The notes: a model not told the origin generated them from the sequence alone. A DNA stretch of 64,000 nucleotides from Octopus vulgaris (GCA_951406725.2 OX597833.1:53506001-53570000); one strand, 5' to 3'. Shown: positions 39,334 through 53,199, counted from the stretch's first letter. Made by a program: numbers and translations.

Positions 39334-40233
39334 TTATGTATGTATGTATGTATGTATGTATGTATGTATGTATGTATGTATGTATGTATGGATGGATGGA
39401 TGGATTCGTGTATGTATGTATGTATGTATGTATGTATGTATGTATGTATGTATGTATGTACATATGTATGTATGTACGTATTTACATATGTATGTTTGTA
39501 TGTATTCATACCTATATTGTAGCAGTTCAGCAAAAGAGACCAATAGAATAAGTACTAGGCTTACAAAGAATAAGTCCTTGGGTCAATTTGTTCATCTAAA
39601 ACTCTTTAAGGTGGTGCTCCTGCATGGCCACAGTCAAACGCATGTAACCAAGTAGAAGAATGAAAGAATAAAAGAATGCAAGAATCGTAAATGCATTGCA
39701 AATAAACATTCAAACTGTTACCAGCCATCCTCATTTCCTGCAAACAGAATGTTGCCAAGCTGTCAACCGCTTTTAGATAGGTCACTGGACATGGGTGAGT
39801 GGGGGTGGAGCGGGGTGGAGTGGGGTGGAGTGGGGTGGAGGAAGGGCAGGGTGAGGGGGTGAGGTTCTAGTAAAAGAATCCGAAGAATGAGAGCCAATCT
39901 GCATTAAAAGAATTTTGTAATTAGTGCCAATATGTAAGCCGGAAAAAAAGAAACATGTTTGTCGTGTCTTTGGAAAAAGAATACACCTTGTTTGGTAGTT
40001 TCAATGCAGTAATCTTTTGAAAACATGTTTCCACCATGTACAAGCAGATTAACAAGATAGAAACCTCGTTTTTTTTTTTTTTTTTCCTAATACATCATAT
40101 CGACCTCACCGCCGCCGCCGCCACCATTCATGCAATGTTTTCCGACCTGACAGAAGCAGTCGCTGGCCTTGTCAATGTCATCTAGTTCGGTGAACAGCTG
40201 AATGCTCGTGTTTTTGTTCATCATCATCAGTAC

Positions 40234-40565
40234 TGGAGGCGCAATGGCCCAATGGTTAGAGCAGTGGACTCGTGGTCGGAGGATCGCGGTTTCGATTCCC
40301 AGACTGGGGCGTTGTGTGTGTTTATTGAGCTAAAACACCTAAAAGCTCCACGAGGCTCCGGCAGGGGGATGGGGGTGGAAAACCCTGTTGTACTCTTTCG
40401 CTCCAACTTTCTCTCACTTTTTCTTCCTGTTTCTTGTCCCTGACTTCCTACTCAACCGCTGAGCCTGGATGCGCATCCAGCCATCGGTGTCGGGGGGTTG
40501 ACCTGCTTTCTCCTCTGTGGGTCTTACGAATAGCAAAGGACCAACGTTTCGGACTTCTCCCACTA
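40234..40565 (+). mobile_element. SINE family D, tail type 2
   Basis: Head plus the tail shared with 15020-15347. Confidence 0.85.
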
Positions 40566-40689
40566 CAGAGGCGCAATCTTGCGAGCTCTGGGGTTGACCT
40601 AATCGACAAACCCCCTTCCCCAGATTTCAGGCCTTGTGCTCATATTAGAAAGGATTATTATAATCATTATTATTTATTGTCTTTGCACA

Positions 40690-40938
40690 GCTTCTAACAC
40701 TGGAGATCTACTATGGTGTCAGCTGTTCACTACTAGTGAACTAAGGTAACACCCTCTTGTTTTCTAGAGTATTCTAGAGGTTCCAAGTAGTGCTGTTTTC
40801 TGCAAGTGCTCCACTCTTATTTCAGCCCCTATTTATTCCATGTACTTCTCAAGATTTTTACTCACTGTTCCCAGGGCTCCAACAATTATTGGGACTACTA
40901 CCACCTTTTATAGCGACCACAACTGCTTAACCTCCCAA
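40690..40938 (-). pseudogene. R4/Dong-like retrotransposon C-terminus abutting an (ATT)n tract
   Basis: WEVKQLW...VVVVPIIVGALGTVSKNLEKY...LQKTALLGTSRIL. Confidence 0.75.
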
Positions 40939-40961
40939 ACTATTATTATTATTATTTTTTA

Positions 40962-41008
<47 letters not shown>

Positions 41009-41020
41009 TTTATTTTTTTA

Positions 41021-41069
<49 letters not shown>

Positions 41070-41508
41070 CATTATTATTATTATCATCATCATCATTATT
41101 ATTATTATTTCTATTTTTAGAAAGGATCAGAATTGAAATCGATCAATGGAAATTGCAGATGTGTTACCAGTGCCGGTGGCATGTAAGAGATCCTTCCGTT
41201 TCACGACCGTTGCCAGCACCGCCCCGTTTCGTGTCCGTTGCCAGCCTCGCCTGGCCCTCGTGCCGGTGGCACATAAAAAGCACCATCCGTTCGTGGCCGT
41301 TTGCCAGCTCTGTCTGGCACCTGTGCGGGTGGCACGTAAAAAGCACCCACTACACTCACGGAGTGGTTGGCGTTAGGAAGGGCATCCAGCCGTAGAAACA
41401 CTGCCAGATTTGACTGGGCCTGATGAAGCCTTCTGGCTTCACAGACCCCAGTAGAACCGTCCAACCCATGCTAGCATGGAAAACGGACGCTAAACGATGA
41501 TGATGATG

Positions 41509-41549
<41 letters not shown>

Positions 41550-41563
41550 CATCATCATCATCA

Positions 41564-41613
<50 letters not shown>

Positions 41614-41971
41614 GGTACGATCATTTTCTTCTATTTATTCCTCAGTTAAGCATAATAGTTTTAAGGTTAGAATACTTGAGAACAGTTGGGGTGGATGGGG
41701 TTGACATCAGGAGAAATTCTTTTCTACTCTAGGCACAATGCCCAAAATTTTGGGGGAGGAGGGCCAGTCGATTAGATCGACCCCAGTACAAAAAATGGTA
41801 CTTAATTTATCGACCTCAAAAGGATGAAAGGCAAAGTCGACCTTGGTAGGATTTGAACTCAGGTGGTTGTGGTGGTGATGAGGATGATGATGATGATGAT
41901 GGGAGCAACAGAATCTTTTAAGACACATACAGGCCCAAATACTCAGGGCCTCTACAGGTCTTAATCTGACT

Positions 41972-42536
41972 CTCTTTACTCTTTTACTCTTTTACTTGTT
42001 TCAGTCATTTGACTGCGGCCATGCTGGAGCACCACCTTTAATCGAGCAACTCGACCCCGGGACTTATCCTTTTGTAAGCCCAGTACTTATTCTATCAGTC
42101 TCTTTTGCCGAACCGTTAAGTAACGGGGACATAAACACACCAGCATCGGTTGTCAAGCAATGCTAGGGGGACAAACACACACACACACGCACACATATCA
42201 TCATCATCATCATCATCATCATCGTTTAACGTCCGTTTTCCACGCTAGCACGGGTTGGACAGTTTGACCGGGGTCTGGGGAGCCAGGGGCTGCCCCAGGC
42301 TCCAGTCTGATCTGGCAGTGTTTCTACAGCTGGATGCCCTTCCTAACGCCAACCACACCGCGAGTGTAGTGGGTGCTTTTTACGTGCCACCTGCACAGGT
42401 GCCAGAGGGATCTGGCATCAGCCACGATCGGTTACATATATATATATACATATATACGACGGGCTTCTTTCAGTTTCCGTCTACTAAATCCACTCACAAG
42501 GCTTTGGTCGGCCTGAGGCTATAGTAGAAGACACTT
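41972..42536 (-). mobile_element. SINE family A (5' truncated) with a nested family C copy in its linker
   Basis: Tail 41972-42180, C copy 42198-42430, head part 42456-42536. Confidence 0.82.
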
Positions 42537-43036
42537 AAGCACAATATATTGGTAATTTCCAGCAAAGCCGAGTTGACATACAAAGGGTACAGAGCAGTGA
42601 GTGCATGTGAAAGTGTGTATGGGTTGAAACTGTGTATGGGTTGGAGCCACGGTTAGTGTCTGATCTATAAGGCATTGCCTGAGAGACTGCCAGTTCATAT
42701 AACACCAGTTCTCACTACTTAACACATTCATTGTAGCTAATTGCCAATTAGACAGCAAAGGTGACTACCTCCTGTCTATATGTACATTAAAATCACTGCA
42801 GTGACAACTTATAGAGATTTCGGTGTGAGTCTGGATGTGTGTATGTGTGTGTGTATCATACATGAATAAATATATATACACACATATATATGTATGTGTA
42901 TATGCATATATATATATACATATATATATATGAATGCATGTATAAATGTACATAAATGATAAATGATGGTGATAATGATGATGATAATGATGATGATACA
43001 TATGTATTTGTATATGTGTTTATCTGTATATATATG

Positions 43037-43068
<32 letters not shown>

Positions 43069-43081
43069 TAAATGTATGTGC

Positions 43082-43163
<82 letters not shown>

Positions 43164-43322
43164 TATACACACACACACATACATGCACACATGCATACAC
43201 GGATATATTCATGCATGTATATATAGATATCTATGTAGATATAGATATGCATGTGTGTATTTACACACACACACACATACACACATATATATGTATGCAT
43301 ATGTTTATGTATGTACACATAA

Positions 43323-43353
<31 letters not shown>

Positions 43354-43859
43354 TATACGCATATATATAGATACATATACATATATATATACATATATAC
43401 ATACACACATATACATACATGTATACATATACATATATACAAAAATGTGTGTGTGTAACATACGTATGTATGTATGTATGTATGTATGTATGTATGTATG
43501 TATGTATGTATGTATGTATGTATGTATGTATGTATGTATGTATGTATGTATGTATGTATGTATGTATGTATGTATGTATGTATGTATGTATGTATGTATG
43601 TATGTATGTTTGTATGTATGTATGTATGTTTGTATGTATGCATGTATGTATGTTTGTATGTATGTATGTATGTATGATGTATGTATGTATGTTTGTATGT
43701 ATGCATGTATGTATGTATGTTTGTATGTATGTATGTTTGTATGTATGTATGTATGTTTGTATGTATGTATGTTTGTATGTTTGTATGTATGTATGTATGT
43801 TTGTACGTATGTATGTTTGTATGTATGTATGTATGTTTGTATGTATGTATGTTTGTATG

Positions 43860-43892
<33 letters not shown>

Positions 43893-43919
43893 TTGTATGT
43901 ATGTATGTATGTATATAGG

Positions 43920-44150
43920 ATTGTAAGATAATTTTACTGAGGTTTTTTTTCCCATTTATTTTATTCAGAATTTTTCATGAACAATTTTAACAGACGAGTC
44001 AGTAATATATTCCCTTTCATTGTTCAACTTCTTGCCAAAATTCCACTAATTTGTCAATACCCTGACATTAGAAACCACAGGGTCTTGACTCAAAGAGCCA
44101 TGTTTTCACTTTCTCGCAACATCTCTGTTGGAGAAAAATGCTTCATGCTC
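43920..44150 (-). mobile_element. Old mariner 3' remnant
   Basis: Minus translation QGIDKLVEFWQEVE...EYITD resembles mariner transposase C-termini. Confidence 0.55.
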
Positions 44151-44453
44151 TAATGGAGAACAACCGAAAGAGGCGATAATCTGAGGGTGTCGTGTCTGAA
44201 GAATATGGTGGGTGTGGTCATACCTCCCAACCAAACTCTTGAGTAGCGGCTTTGGCCAAATAGGCCACCCTTGTTCATTACTTTCCCATTCTCATCATCA
44301 TCATCATTATCATCATCATCATCATCATTATCATCAGCATCAGCATCATTATCATCAGCATTTAATGTCCATTTCTCATGCTGGTGTAGGTAGGCTGGCA
44401 TGCTGGAGAGCTGCAACAGGTTCCGGTTGCGTGTTTTGGTTTGGTTTCTATAG

Positions 44454-44506
<53 letters not shown>

Positions 44507-44818
44507 TATATATATATATATGGGGTGGGGTTATATATTTGGGGTAGGAAACGCTCAAGGGAACAGAATAGCAGATGGTCTTCAGAGAAGAAACCACACT
44601 TCAGGCAGGTGTTTCAGCCTTTAACTTCTTACACTTTAAGGGGGCCAGATCATGACTCCTGATGTACCCTTCTGCTGACATTTTTGGGACCCTTAGATTT
44701 TGAAGATTTGTGCGTTAAAGCTGCTTGGAGATTTCATCTAGTTGTCCGCAGACTCACCTTCCAAACTTGTACTTAAAGAAGAAATAACATTGGTTGTCAT
44801 GGTAGTCCCTACCATATG

Positions 44819-44860
<42 letters not shown>

Positions 44861-45292
44861 CATACACACACAAACACACTCACATGCAAGCACACATACT
44901 CACACACACCCATGCACACACTCACACACATAAATGCACATGCACCCCCACACACACATGTAGATATGTGCATGTGCACACACACACACATGCACACACA
45001 CACGCACACACACACACACACATGCTATTATACATACTAATACATACATATATAGATACTCACACCCAGTCTTAAACAGACACCTGTTTGTATATTTGCA
45101 CATTGATGACAACCATGAAATATTTTTAATTAGCTTGATTAATTAATGTTTCCGCGTTGACCTTCACCTTTACCACCAGCCGATTCATGGAAAGGCATGA
45201 ATTTACAGAAGCTTTCAGCTGCTATTATCTTGGATCAATTAATTAATTGACTGATAATGAAGCTGGCGTGGACTGTCCATATATACAATTTG

Positions 45293-45329
<37 letters not shown>

Positions 45330-45424
45330 ATGTATGTGTTTGTAAGTGAATATCTCTGTGCCTGTGTAAGCAGAAGTGTGTGAGCGTGTTTGTGTGTCTC
45401 AATGTGTGTATATACAGAATCACA

Positions 45425-45465
<41 letters not shown>

Positions 45466-45603
45466 GTATACATACATATATATGCACACACACACACACA
45501 CACATAAACACACACACTCACAAACACACACACACACATATATATATACATATATATACACACACACATAAACATACACACACAAACACACACACACATC
45601 TCC

Positions 45604-45638
<35 letters not shown>

Positions 45639-45651
45639 TATATACATATAC

Positions 45652-45738
<87 letters not shown>

Positions 45739-46344
45739 AAGAGAGAGAGAGAGAGAGAGAGGGAGATAAGGCAATGGTGATATAATGAAAGGAAAATTAA
45801 AACTGCACTTTCAGAAGGCCCTTAATCTTCTATTCATGTAGGCCATTGGATTGCAACAATAATAAGACACCATATTGACCTAATTTTTTGTCCTTTGTCG
45901 TTGATTAGCCTCCATTTAGTTAATATTTGTATATGTGTGCATGTGTGTGTGTGTGTGTGTGTGTGTATCAAAAGGATGTGTTATAATACTATTCCATATA
46001 TACAAAAAGCAATACCAACAATCCAACACACCTCCATCATCAGCTGCCCCATCAGATATCACTATGGTTTCGACACCTGGGCAGTACCATTCAATCCGGC
46101 AGTGTCAACAGCACTAAAATAAGTGTTGTTTGGGAACAAACATACCAAAAGAACCACAACTTCCAAACACATTTACCCTATGTACAACCGTATCAGTAAA
46201 TAAATTCAATAAGTAAATTACATAAAACTCCTTAATATGTAACTAAACAGAGACCAATCCATTAAGTCATACAAAAATTATAATCCCTACCCTCTTCCAT
46301 AGTATAATATAAACGTGAAAGCTTAATAACCACACACATACAGA

Positions 46345-46390
<46 letters not shown>

Positions 46391-46454
46391 CATACACACA
46401 CACATATGTATATACAGAGTGGATCAAAAGTCATGAAAAGGTATACTTTAACAA

Positions 46455-46860
46455 ATACAACAGTTAATTCTATGCTGGAGTCCCTAATTTGCATATCGAA
46501 AATTTTAACCGCTCTACAAACTCTATATATACTCAACAACTACAGTAGTTAATTCTATGCTGGAGTCCCTAATTTGCATACCGAAAAATTTTTAACCACC
46601 CTACAAACTCTATATATACTCAACAAGTACAGGAGTTAATTCTATGCTAGAGTCCCTAATTTGCATACCGAAAATGTTTAACTGCTCTATAAACTCTATT
46701 TATACTCAAAAATTACAGCATTTATTCTATGCTGGAGTCCTTAATTTTCATACTGAAAATTTTTAACCACTCTATAAACTTTATATAAACTCAAAAATTA
46801 CAGTAGTTATTCTATGCTGGAGTCATTAATTTTCTTACCGAGATTTGCATACCGAATTTG
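46455..46860. repeat. ~85-87-bp tandem repeat (~4.7 units)
   Basis: ttctatgct at 46468, 46553, 46640, 46725 and 46810. Confidence 0.9.
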
Positions 46861-47526
46861 CAAGTAAGCAAGCAAGCAAGTAAATAAGCAAGGAAGCAAG
46901 CATGCAAGCAAGTAAGTAAGTAAGCAAGCAAGCAAGTAAGCAAGCAAGCCAGCAAGCAAGCAAGGAAGTAAGTAAGAAAGCAAGCAAGCAAGCATTCAAG
47001 TAAGCAAGTAAGCAAGTAAGTAAGCAAACAAACAAGCAAGCAAATAAGTAAGCAAGAAGCAAGCAAGTAAGTATGTAGGTAAGTAAGTAAGCAAGCAAGC
47101 AAGTAAGTAAGCTGGCAAGCAAGCAAGCAGGCAATTAAGTAAGTAATTAAGTAAGTGTAGTAAATAAGCAAGCAAACAAGCAAGTAAGCACATAAGTAAG
47201 TAAGTATGCAAACAAGCAAGCAAGTAAGTAAGTAAGCAAGCAAGAAATCAATCAAGCATGTATACAAGTTAGTAAGTAAGTAAGTAAGCAAGCAAGTAAG
47301 CAGGTAAGCAAGCAAGGACATAAGGAAGTAAGTTAGTAAGCAAGCAAGGAAGTAAGTAAATCAGTAAGTAAGCAAGCAAGTAAGCAAGCAAGTAATCAAG
47401 CAAGCAAGCAAGCAAGCAAGTAAGTAAGTAAGCAAGCAAGTAATCAAGCAAGTAAGTAAGTATATATGTAAGTCAGTTAGTAAACAAGCAAGCAGCAAGT
47501 AAGGAAGGAAGCAAGCAAGCAAGTAT

Positions 47527-47562
<36 letters not shown>

Positions 47563-48105
47563 ACAAGCAAGTAAGCAAGCAAGTAAGTAAGAATATAAGT
47601 AAGTCAGTAAGTATGCAAGCAAGTAAGGAAGGAAGCAAGCAAGCAAGCAAGTATGTAAGTAGGCAAGCAAGCAAACAAGCAAGTAAGTACGTAAGCAAGC
47701 ATGCAAGCAATCACGCAAGTAAGCAAGCATGCAAGAAAGTAAGTAAGCAAGCAAGTAAGTAACCAAACAAGTATGTAAGTAAGTAAGTAATCAAGCAAGC
47801 AATTAAGTAAATAAGCAACCAAGAAAGTAAGCAAGCAAGCAAGGAAGGAAGTAAGCAAGTAAATAAGTAGGTAAGCAAGCAAGCAAGCAAGTAAGCAAGC
47901 AAACAAGTAAACAAGTAAGTAAGTAAGCAAGCAAGCAATCATGCAATTAAGTAAGTAAGCAAGCAAGCAAACAAGCAAGCAAGTAAGTCAGTTAGTAAGC
48001 AAGCAATCAAGCAAGTAAGTAAGCAAGTATGTAGGTAAGCAAGCAAGGAAGGAAGGAAGGAAAGATGGATGGATGGATGGATGGATGGATTGATGGATGG
48101 ATGGA
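46861..48105. repeat. Degenerate (AAGC/AAGT)n tract ending in (GGAA)n and (GGAT)n
   Basis: Direct inspection. Source of the LACL/LTYL ORFs. Confidence 0.95.
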
Positions 48106-48219
48106 TTTGTGCTACCAAACAAAAATACACTAAATTTTCCTGCAAAAAAAAAGGAAATTATAATTTAATTTTTGAAAGTTGTTTATAAACAACTTTCAAG
48201 GACTTTGAAAAGTTTGTTG

Positions 48220-48288
<69 letters not shown>

Positions 48289-48462
48289 TCAACGTGTTCC
48301 TGTGAATGGAGAGAGTCACATTGTTTCTTGTAGCAGGAATAATTAATGTGAACCCAAATCTGCCACCTTCAATAACTCTTAAGAAAGAACGTTCACAATT
48401 CGGTCACGTTTATTATTCTCCCCGTGAGAACTTCACTGACAATTGTCGCTTTTGTTGTATCC

Positions 48463-48510
<48 letters not shown>

Positions 48511-48516
48511 TTAATG

Positions 48517-48559
<43 letters not shown>

Positions 48560-49111
48560 TAATAATAATAATAATAATAATTAATAATAATGCTATTATG
48601 CAATCTTCCTGTTTATATAATATATAAAACAGAAACATTTGGTGAGAATTCGTGAAAAAAATTACATTTTTTTTCTAGAGCATTTCTGGAAATACAAGTT
48701 TTTCTTTTATCCTTATTTTTAGAACAACTACAATTACATGTGTTAAAATGACATATATGACATGAAAATTGTTTTAAAACATAAAATTATGTCAAGTAGG
48801 CATAATTAGGTTAACGTATTTGGCATTTAAAGTTGCGATTACCTCCCTTGGTTTGTTTTTGCGCAAATTTAGAGCAAACGGTTCCTGATTGTTTTTTTTT
48901 TTTATTCTTTCTATCAAAGCAAATATATGTAAAAAGAAAGTGACATGTTTTTATTTACAGAGAGAGACATAAAATTTCAGATTAAAAAATGAGAAATTAA
49001 ATAACAAAATATGAAGTTCATGATTTATTTCAATTTAATTAAAAAATTTTTTTTTTTACCTTTCTCGGCTTACTACAGATGGAAACTCATGTTGTTCAAA
49101 GTAAAAATTTG

Positions 49112-49730
49112 GGATCTTTTCCTTTTGAACGGCAGACAATTTCTAGTTAACTAAACACTTTAAAACTTTGTATACTGGTAGAATGTCTCAAAATAAAACA
49201 TTTTTTTCTCTTGGCTTTCTTGAGAAAATTGTAATTTGTTTGTTTAACGTAGTTTAATTTTTCGAATTTTAACCAATCCTATGCTCTCTTTTGAGCTAAA
49301 ATCATTTGGTGCGTCTAAAACTGAGACAACATCCTGTAACTAACCCTAAACCTCCCCCCTAACCCTAACCCTAAATTTTTTTTTTCTTAATTGTTATGCA
49401 TGTAAAAAAAACTAAAGCAATGGAATTAAATTAATTTAACAATTAAGAAAAAAAAATTTGGGGTTAGGGGGGAGATATAGGGTTAGTTACAGGATGTTGT
49501 CTCAGTTTTAGACGCAGCAAATGATTTTAGTTGAATGGAGGTAATCGATTGGTTAAAATTGCCGAAATGCTCGGATTTTGAGATGAAATATCTTACAAAC
49601 TATAGAATTTTCTCAATAAAGCCAAGAGAAAATGGTATTTTATAAACACATTCTACCAGTATACGAAGTTTAAAAGTGTTTAGTTAACTAGAAATTGCGT
49701 TGACATCTGCCATTCAAAAGGAAAAGATCC
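49112..49730. mobile_element. Fold-back element with ~285-bp inverted arms and telomere-like hexamers
   Basis: ggatcttttccttttgaa / ttcaaaaggaaaagatcc ends. Probable 8-bp TSD aaaatttg / aaaacttg. ccctaa/ttaggg near the centre. Confidence 0.85.
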
Positions 49731-50027
49731 AAAACTTGACAAGTCAGAATTATAAAAGAGAAAAACAAAATATTGCAATATAGGTGCTGGGCATTGCTGT
49801 GTGGTAAGAAGCCTGCTTCCCGCTGGAGGATGAATATGTGGTCCTCTTCCACAAAGGAGGAACCAAAGAAAATGAAGTCAAGAAAGTGGAAAGGAGGGGC
49901 CGATGGGAGGGACTTCTGTCCTGCACGAAGGATCCTGAGTGGTCTTCGCAGGTGGCTGCGGAGGTCCTATGGGATAGTGATCTGTGCAGGATCATGAATT
50001 CCTTCCCGGAGGACTCCTATAAATATA

Positions 50028-50240
50028 TACCTATTTCTTTACTACCCACAAGGGGCTAAACAAAGAGAGGACAAACAAGTACAGACAAACAGATTAAGTC
50101 GATTACATCGACCCCAGTGCATAACAGGTACTTAATTTATCGACCCCGAAAGGATGAAAGGCAAAGTCGACCTCGTAACGGCAGTCGAAATACCGTTAGG
50201 CATTTTGCTCAGCGTGCTAACGCTTCTGCCAGCTCGCCGC
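50028..50240 (-). mobile_element. SINE family B (internally deleted)
   Basis: Matches the family. Confidence 0.85.
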
Positions 50241-50953
50241 TGTGTGGTTCGGCCTGGAACCGGGTGCATGCTTCAATGAAGCAAGGATACTGGTCGGCCG
50301 GATAACCTGAACGAGTCTAGAAAATGTGAAACGTGACTTTTTGTGTGTTTTAAAAAAGAAAAAAGGAATTTTGAACATTGTGTTGTTTAAGTGAGAGGTT
50401 TATTGCCTCATTGTGTTTTGGGGGAAAAAGGTAAAAGAACATTGTTTTAGAGAAGTGAAAGTCGGCGGGCGCTTTTCATCTTCTCCCATCATCATCATTT
50501 TTGCATCACCATCATTCATACCATTAATGTCCGTGTCCAGCCCGCAAAGCTTCCATCTGTGTGATGCCCTTGTGGCAAATTATATGAAATAATGAAATAA
50601 AGAAGTATGCTCCCCAACCACATGGTTCTGGGTTCAGTCTGAGTGGCACGTCTTCTTCTATAGCCCCGGACCTACCGAAAGCTTTCTTCTTGAATGTATC
50701 TCGCATACGGAAACTGAAGGAAGCAGTCGTTATATATATAAAGATTACCTGAAGTTCTTCACTAATCTAAGTAATATTGTTAGCCTGGTGGGTACTACTT
50801 AAGAAGAGTGGTCCCGGTGTGCGCACTCGCGTACTCGCGCTAGCTAGTGGTGACTAGTCGATCCTACAACGACTACCTAGCAAAGTAAATAAAACACAAA
50901 ATAAATAATTTTTCTTTTAACAAATTAAATAAAACACAAAAACACAAAGTAAA

Positions 50954-51275
50954 GGATCTTTTCCTCTTGAACGGCACTTTGTAACATAATTTCTAGGTAA
51001 CTAAAAAGTTTTAAACTTCGTATACTGGTAGAATGTGTTTATAAAACATCATTTTCTCTTGGCTTTATTGAGAAAATTCTATAGGTTATAACATATTTCG
51101 TCTAAAATTTCATGCATTTCGGCAATTTTAACCAATCAATTACCTCCATTGACGTAAATAACATTCTGTGCATAATGAATATGTCCCTCCTTTAAGAAAC
51201 AGATTGGGTTTATTTACATTTGTGCAGAAAAAAGATACCCTTCCCCCACCCTTAACCCTAACCCTAACTAACCCT
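50954..51275. mobile_element. One end of a GGATC-terminated MITE related to 49112-49730
   Basis: Starts ggatcttttcctcttgaacggca, shares tatactggtagaatgt and ends in taaccctaaccctaa. Confidence 0.75.
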
Positions 51276-52198
51276 CGCCGCCTTCTCTTAACAACTATAT
51301 TCCTTTCTACTATAGGCAATGAGCCGGCAGAATCATTAACACACTGAACAAAATGCTTAGCAGTATTTCGCCTGTCACTATGTTCTGAGGTCAACTTTGC
51401 CTTTCATCCTTTCAAGGTCAGTGAAACACTGGGGTCGATGTAATCGACGAGTAACCTCCCACCAAATTTCAGGCCTTGTGTCTTTAGTAGAAAGGATTAT
51501 GACCATTGATACAGCAGTGAGATGGCAGAATTGTTACAGCACCAGAGAAAATGCTTAGCAGCATTTCTTCTGGCTTTATGTTATGAGTTCAAGTTCCACT
51601 GAGGTCAACTTTACCTTTTATTTTGTGAGGCTCAATAATAACAATCCCAGTCAAGCACTGGACTCAAAGCAATCAACTTACCCCTTCCCCCAAAATTGCT
51701 GGCCTTGTGCCAAAATTTGAAACCATTATTATTCTTCATGCTCTATCTTTTCCATCTCATTACCATCATCATGGGTTTAATTTATTTTATTTTATTTTTT
51801 TAATTTTATCTAGTTTCAGCTCACGAGTTGTGGCCATGCTGGGGCACCGCCATTTAAAGAGTACAGCAGAGATCGCCACCACCCCCTGCCGGAGCCTCGT
51901 TGAGCTTTAGGTGTTTTCGCTCAATAAACACTCACAATGCCTGGTCTGGGAATCGAAACCATGAAACCACGAGTCTGCTGCCCTAACCACTGGGCCATTG
52001 CGCCTTAATGTTCATTTTCCACTGGACAAATCAGATAAAATAGCTCTCTGTCTTCATTCTTAATACCAAACCCCTCACAAAACCCTAAAACAGTGACTCT
52101 GGCACTGGCATATCAATAAGGATAAGGAATTTTTTGTTCTTTTTTAAGGGACATAAATGTCATTAGCACAGCAGTTATTCTACATCTCTCTGACAGAC

Positions 52199-52865
52199 GT
52201 TAAGGGGATCTTGTTAAATCTAAAGACCATATCAGGTTAAAAGGGGATCTTGTTAAATCTAATGACCATATCAGGTTAAAAGGGGATCTTGTTAAATATA
52301 ATGACCATATCAGGTTAAAAGGTGATCTTGTTAAACCTAAAGACCATATCAGGTTAAAAGGGGATCTTGTTAAATCTAATGACCATATCAGGTTAAAAGG
52401 GGATTTTGTTAAATCTAATGACCATATCAGGTTAAAAGGGAATCTTGTTAAATCTAATGACCATATCAGGTTAAAAGGGAATCTTGTTAAATCTAATGAC
52501 CATATCAGGTTAAAAGGGGATTTTGTTAAATCTAATGACCATATCAGGTTAAAATGGGATCTTGTTAAATCTAAAGACCATATCAGGTTAAAAGGGGGTC
52601 TTGTTAAACCTAAAGACCATATCATGTTAAAAGGGGATCTTGTTAAATCTAATGACCATATCAGGTTAAGAGGGGATCTTGTTAAATCTAATGACCATAT
52701 CAGGTTAAAAGGGGATTTTGTTAAATCTAATGACCATATCAGATTAAAATGGGATCTTGTTAAATCTAAAGACCATATCAGGTTAAAAGGGGGTCTTGTT
52801 AAACCTAAAGACTATATCATGTTAAAAGGGGATCTTGTTAAATCTAATGACCATATCAGGTTAAA
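52199..52865. repeat. 39-bp minisatellite (~17 units)
   Basis: Unit ggttaaaaggggatcttgttaaatctaatgaccatatca. Confidence 0.95.
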
Positions 52866-53199
52866 TGTTTTATGTTGAAACTGGCCAGATCTGGCTTCTC
52901 ACGGCAACCCTACAATGTCATTCTAAAACTAAACAATCACATCACTGAAATCTCTAAACTACAAGAAGATAACATGATTAATTCAAAACAATACAAATGA
53001 ATAAATATTACATTTGGCAGAATAATTTGAATCCCTCCCAAAATATTGGTGAACTTTTTTTTTGGCATTACCCCACCTATTAATAAAATGACAAAATAGA
53101 TTTCTCTGAGTTGTAGTTGTTTGGCTAGTGAAACAGTTACAGCAAGGAAGATTTATTTTAGACATTCAAAAAACACACAGAGACTGTTAACTTTTTTTT

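Noticed and set aside
39793-39863. G-rich tract with G-quadruplex potential
   Set aside because: It is a simple (ggggtggagt)n microrepeat with no supporting context.
40540-40572. GAAACGTT with a small upstream hairpin in the SINE D tail (minus strand)
   Set aside because: The core reads CTGTAGT, and the second copy (~15020-15045) does not conserve it.
41420-41445. CTGATGA-AGCC(TTCT)GGCT
   Set aside because: It is a chance variant within SINE C, with no GAAA.
42956-43955. 320-aa and other MYVC/YI/HT-rich ORFs throughout the window
   Set aside because: They are microsatellite translations.
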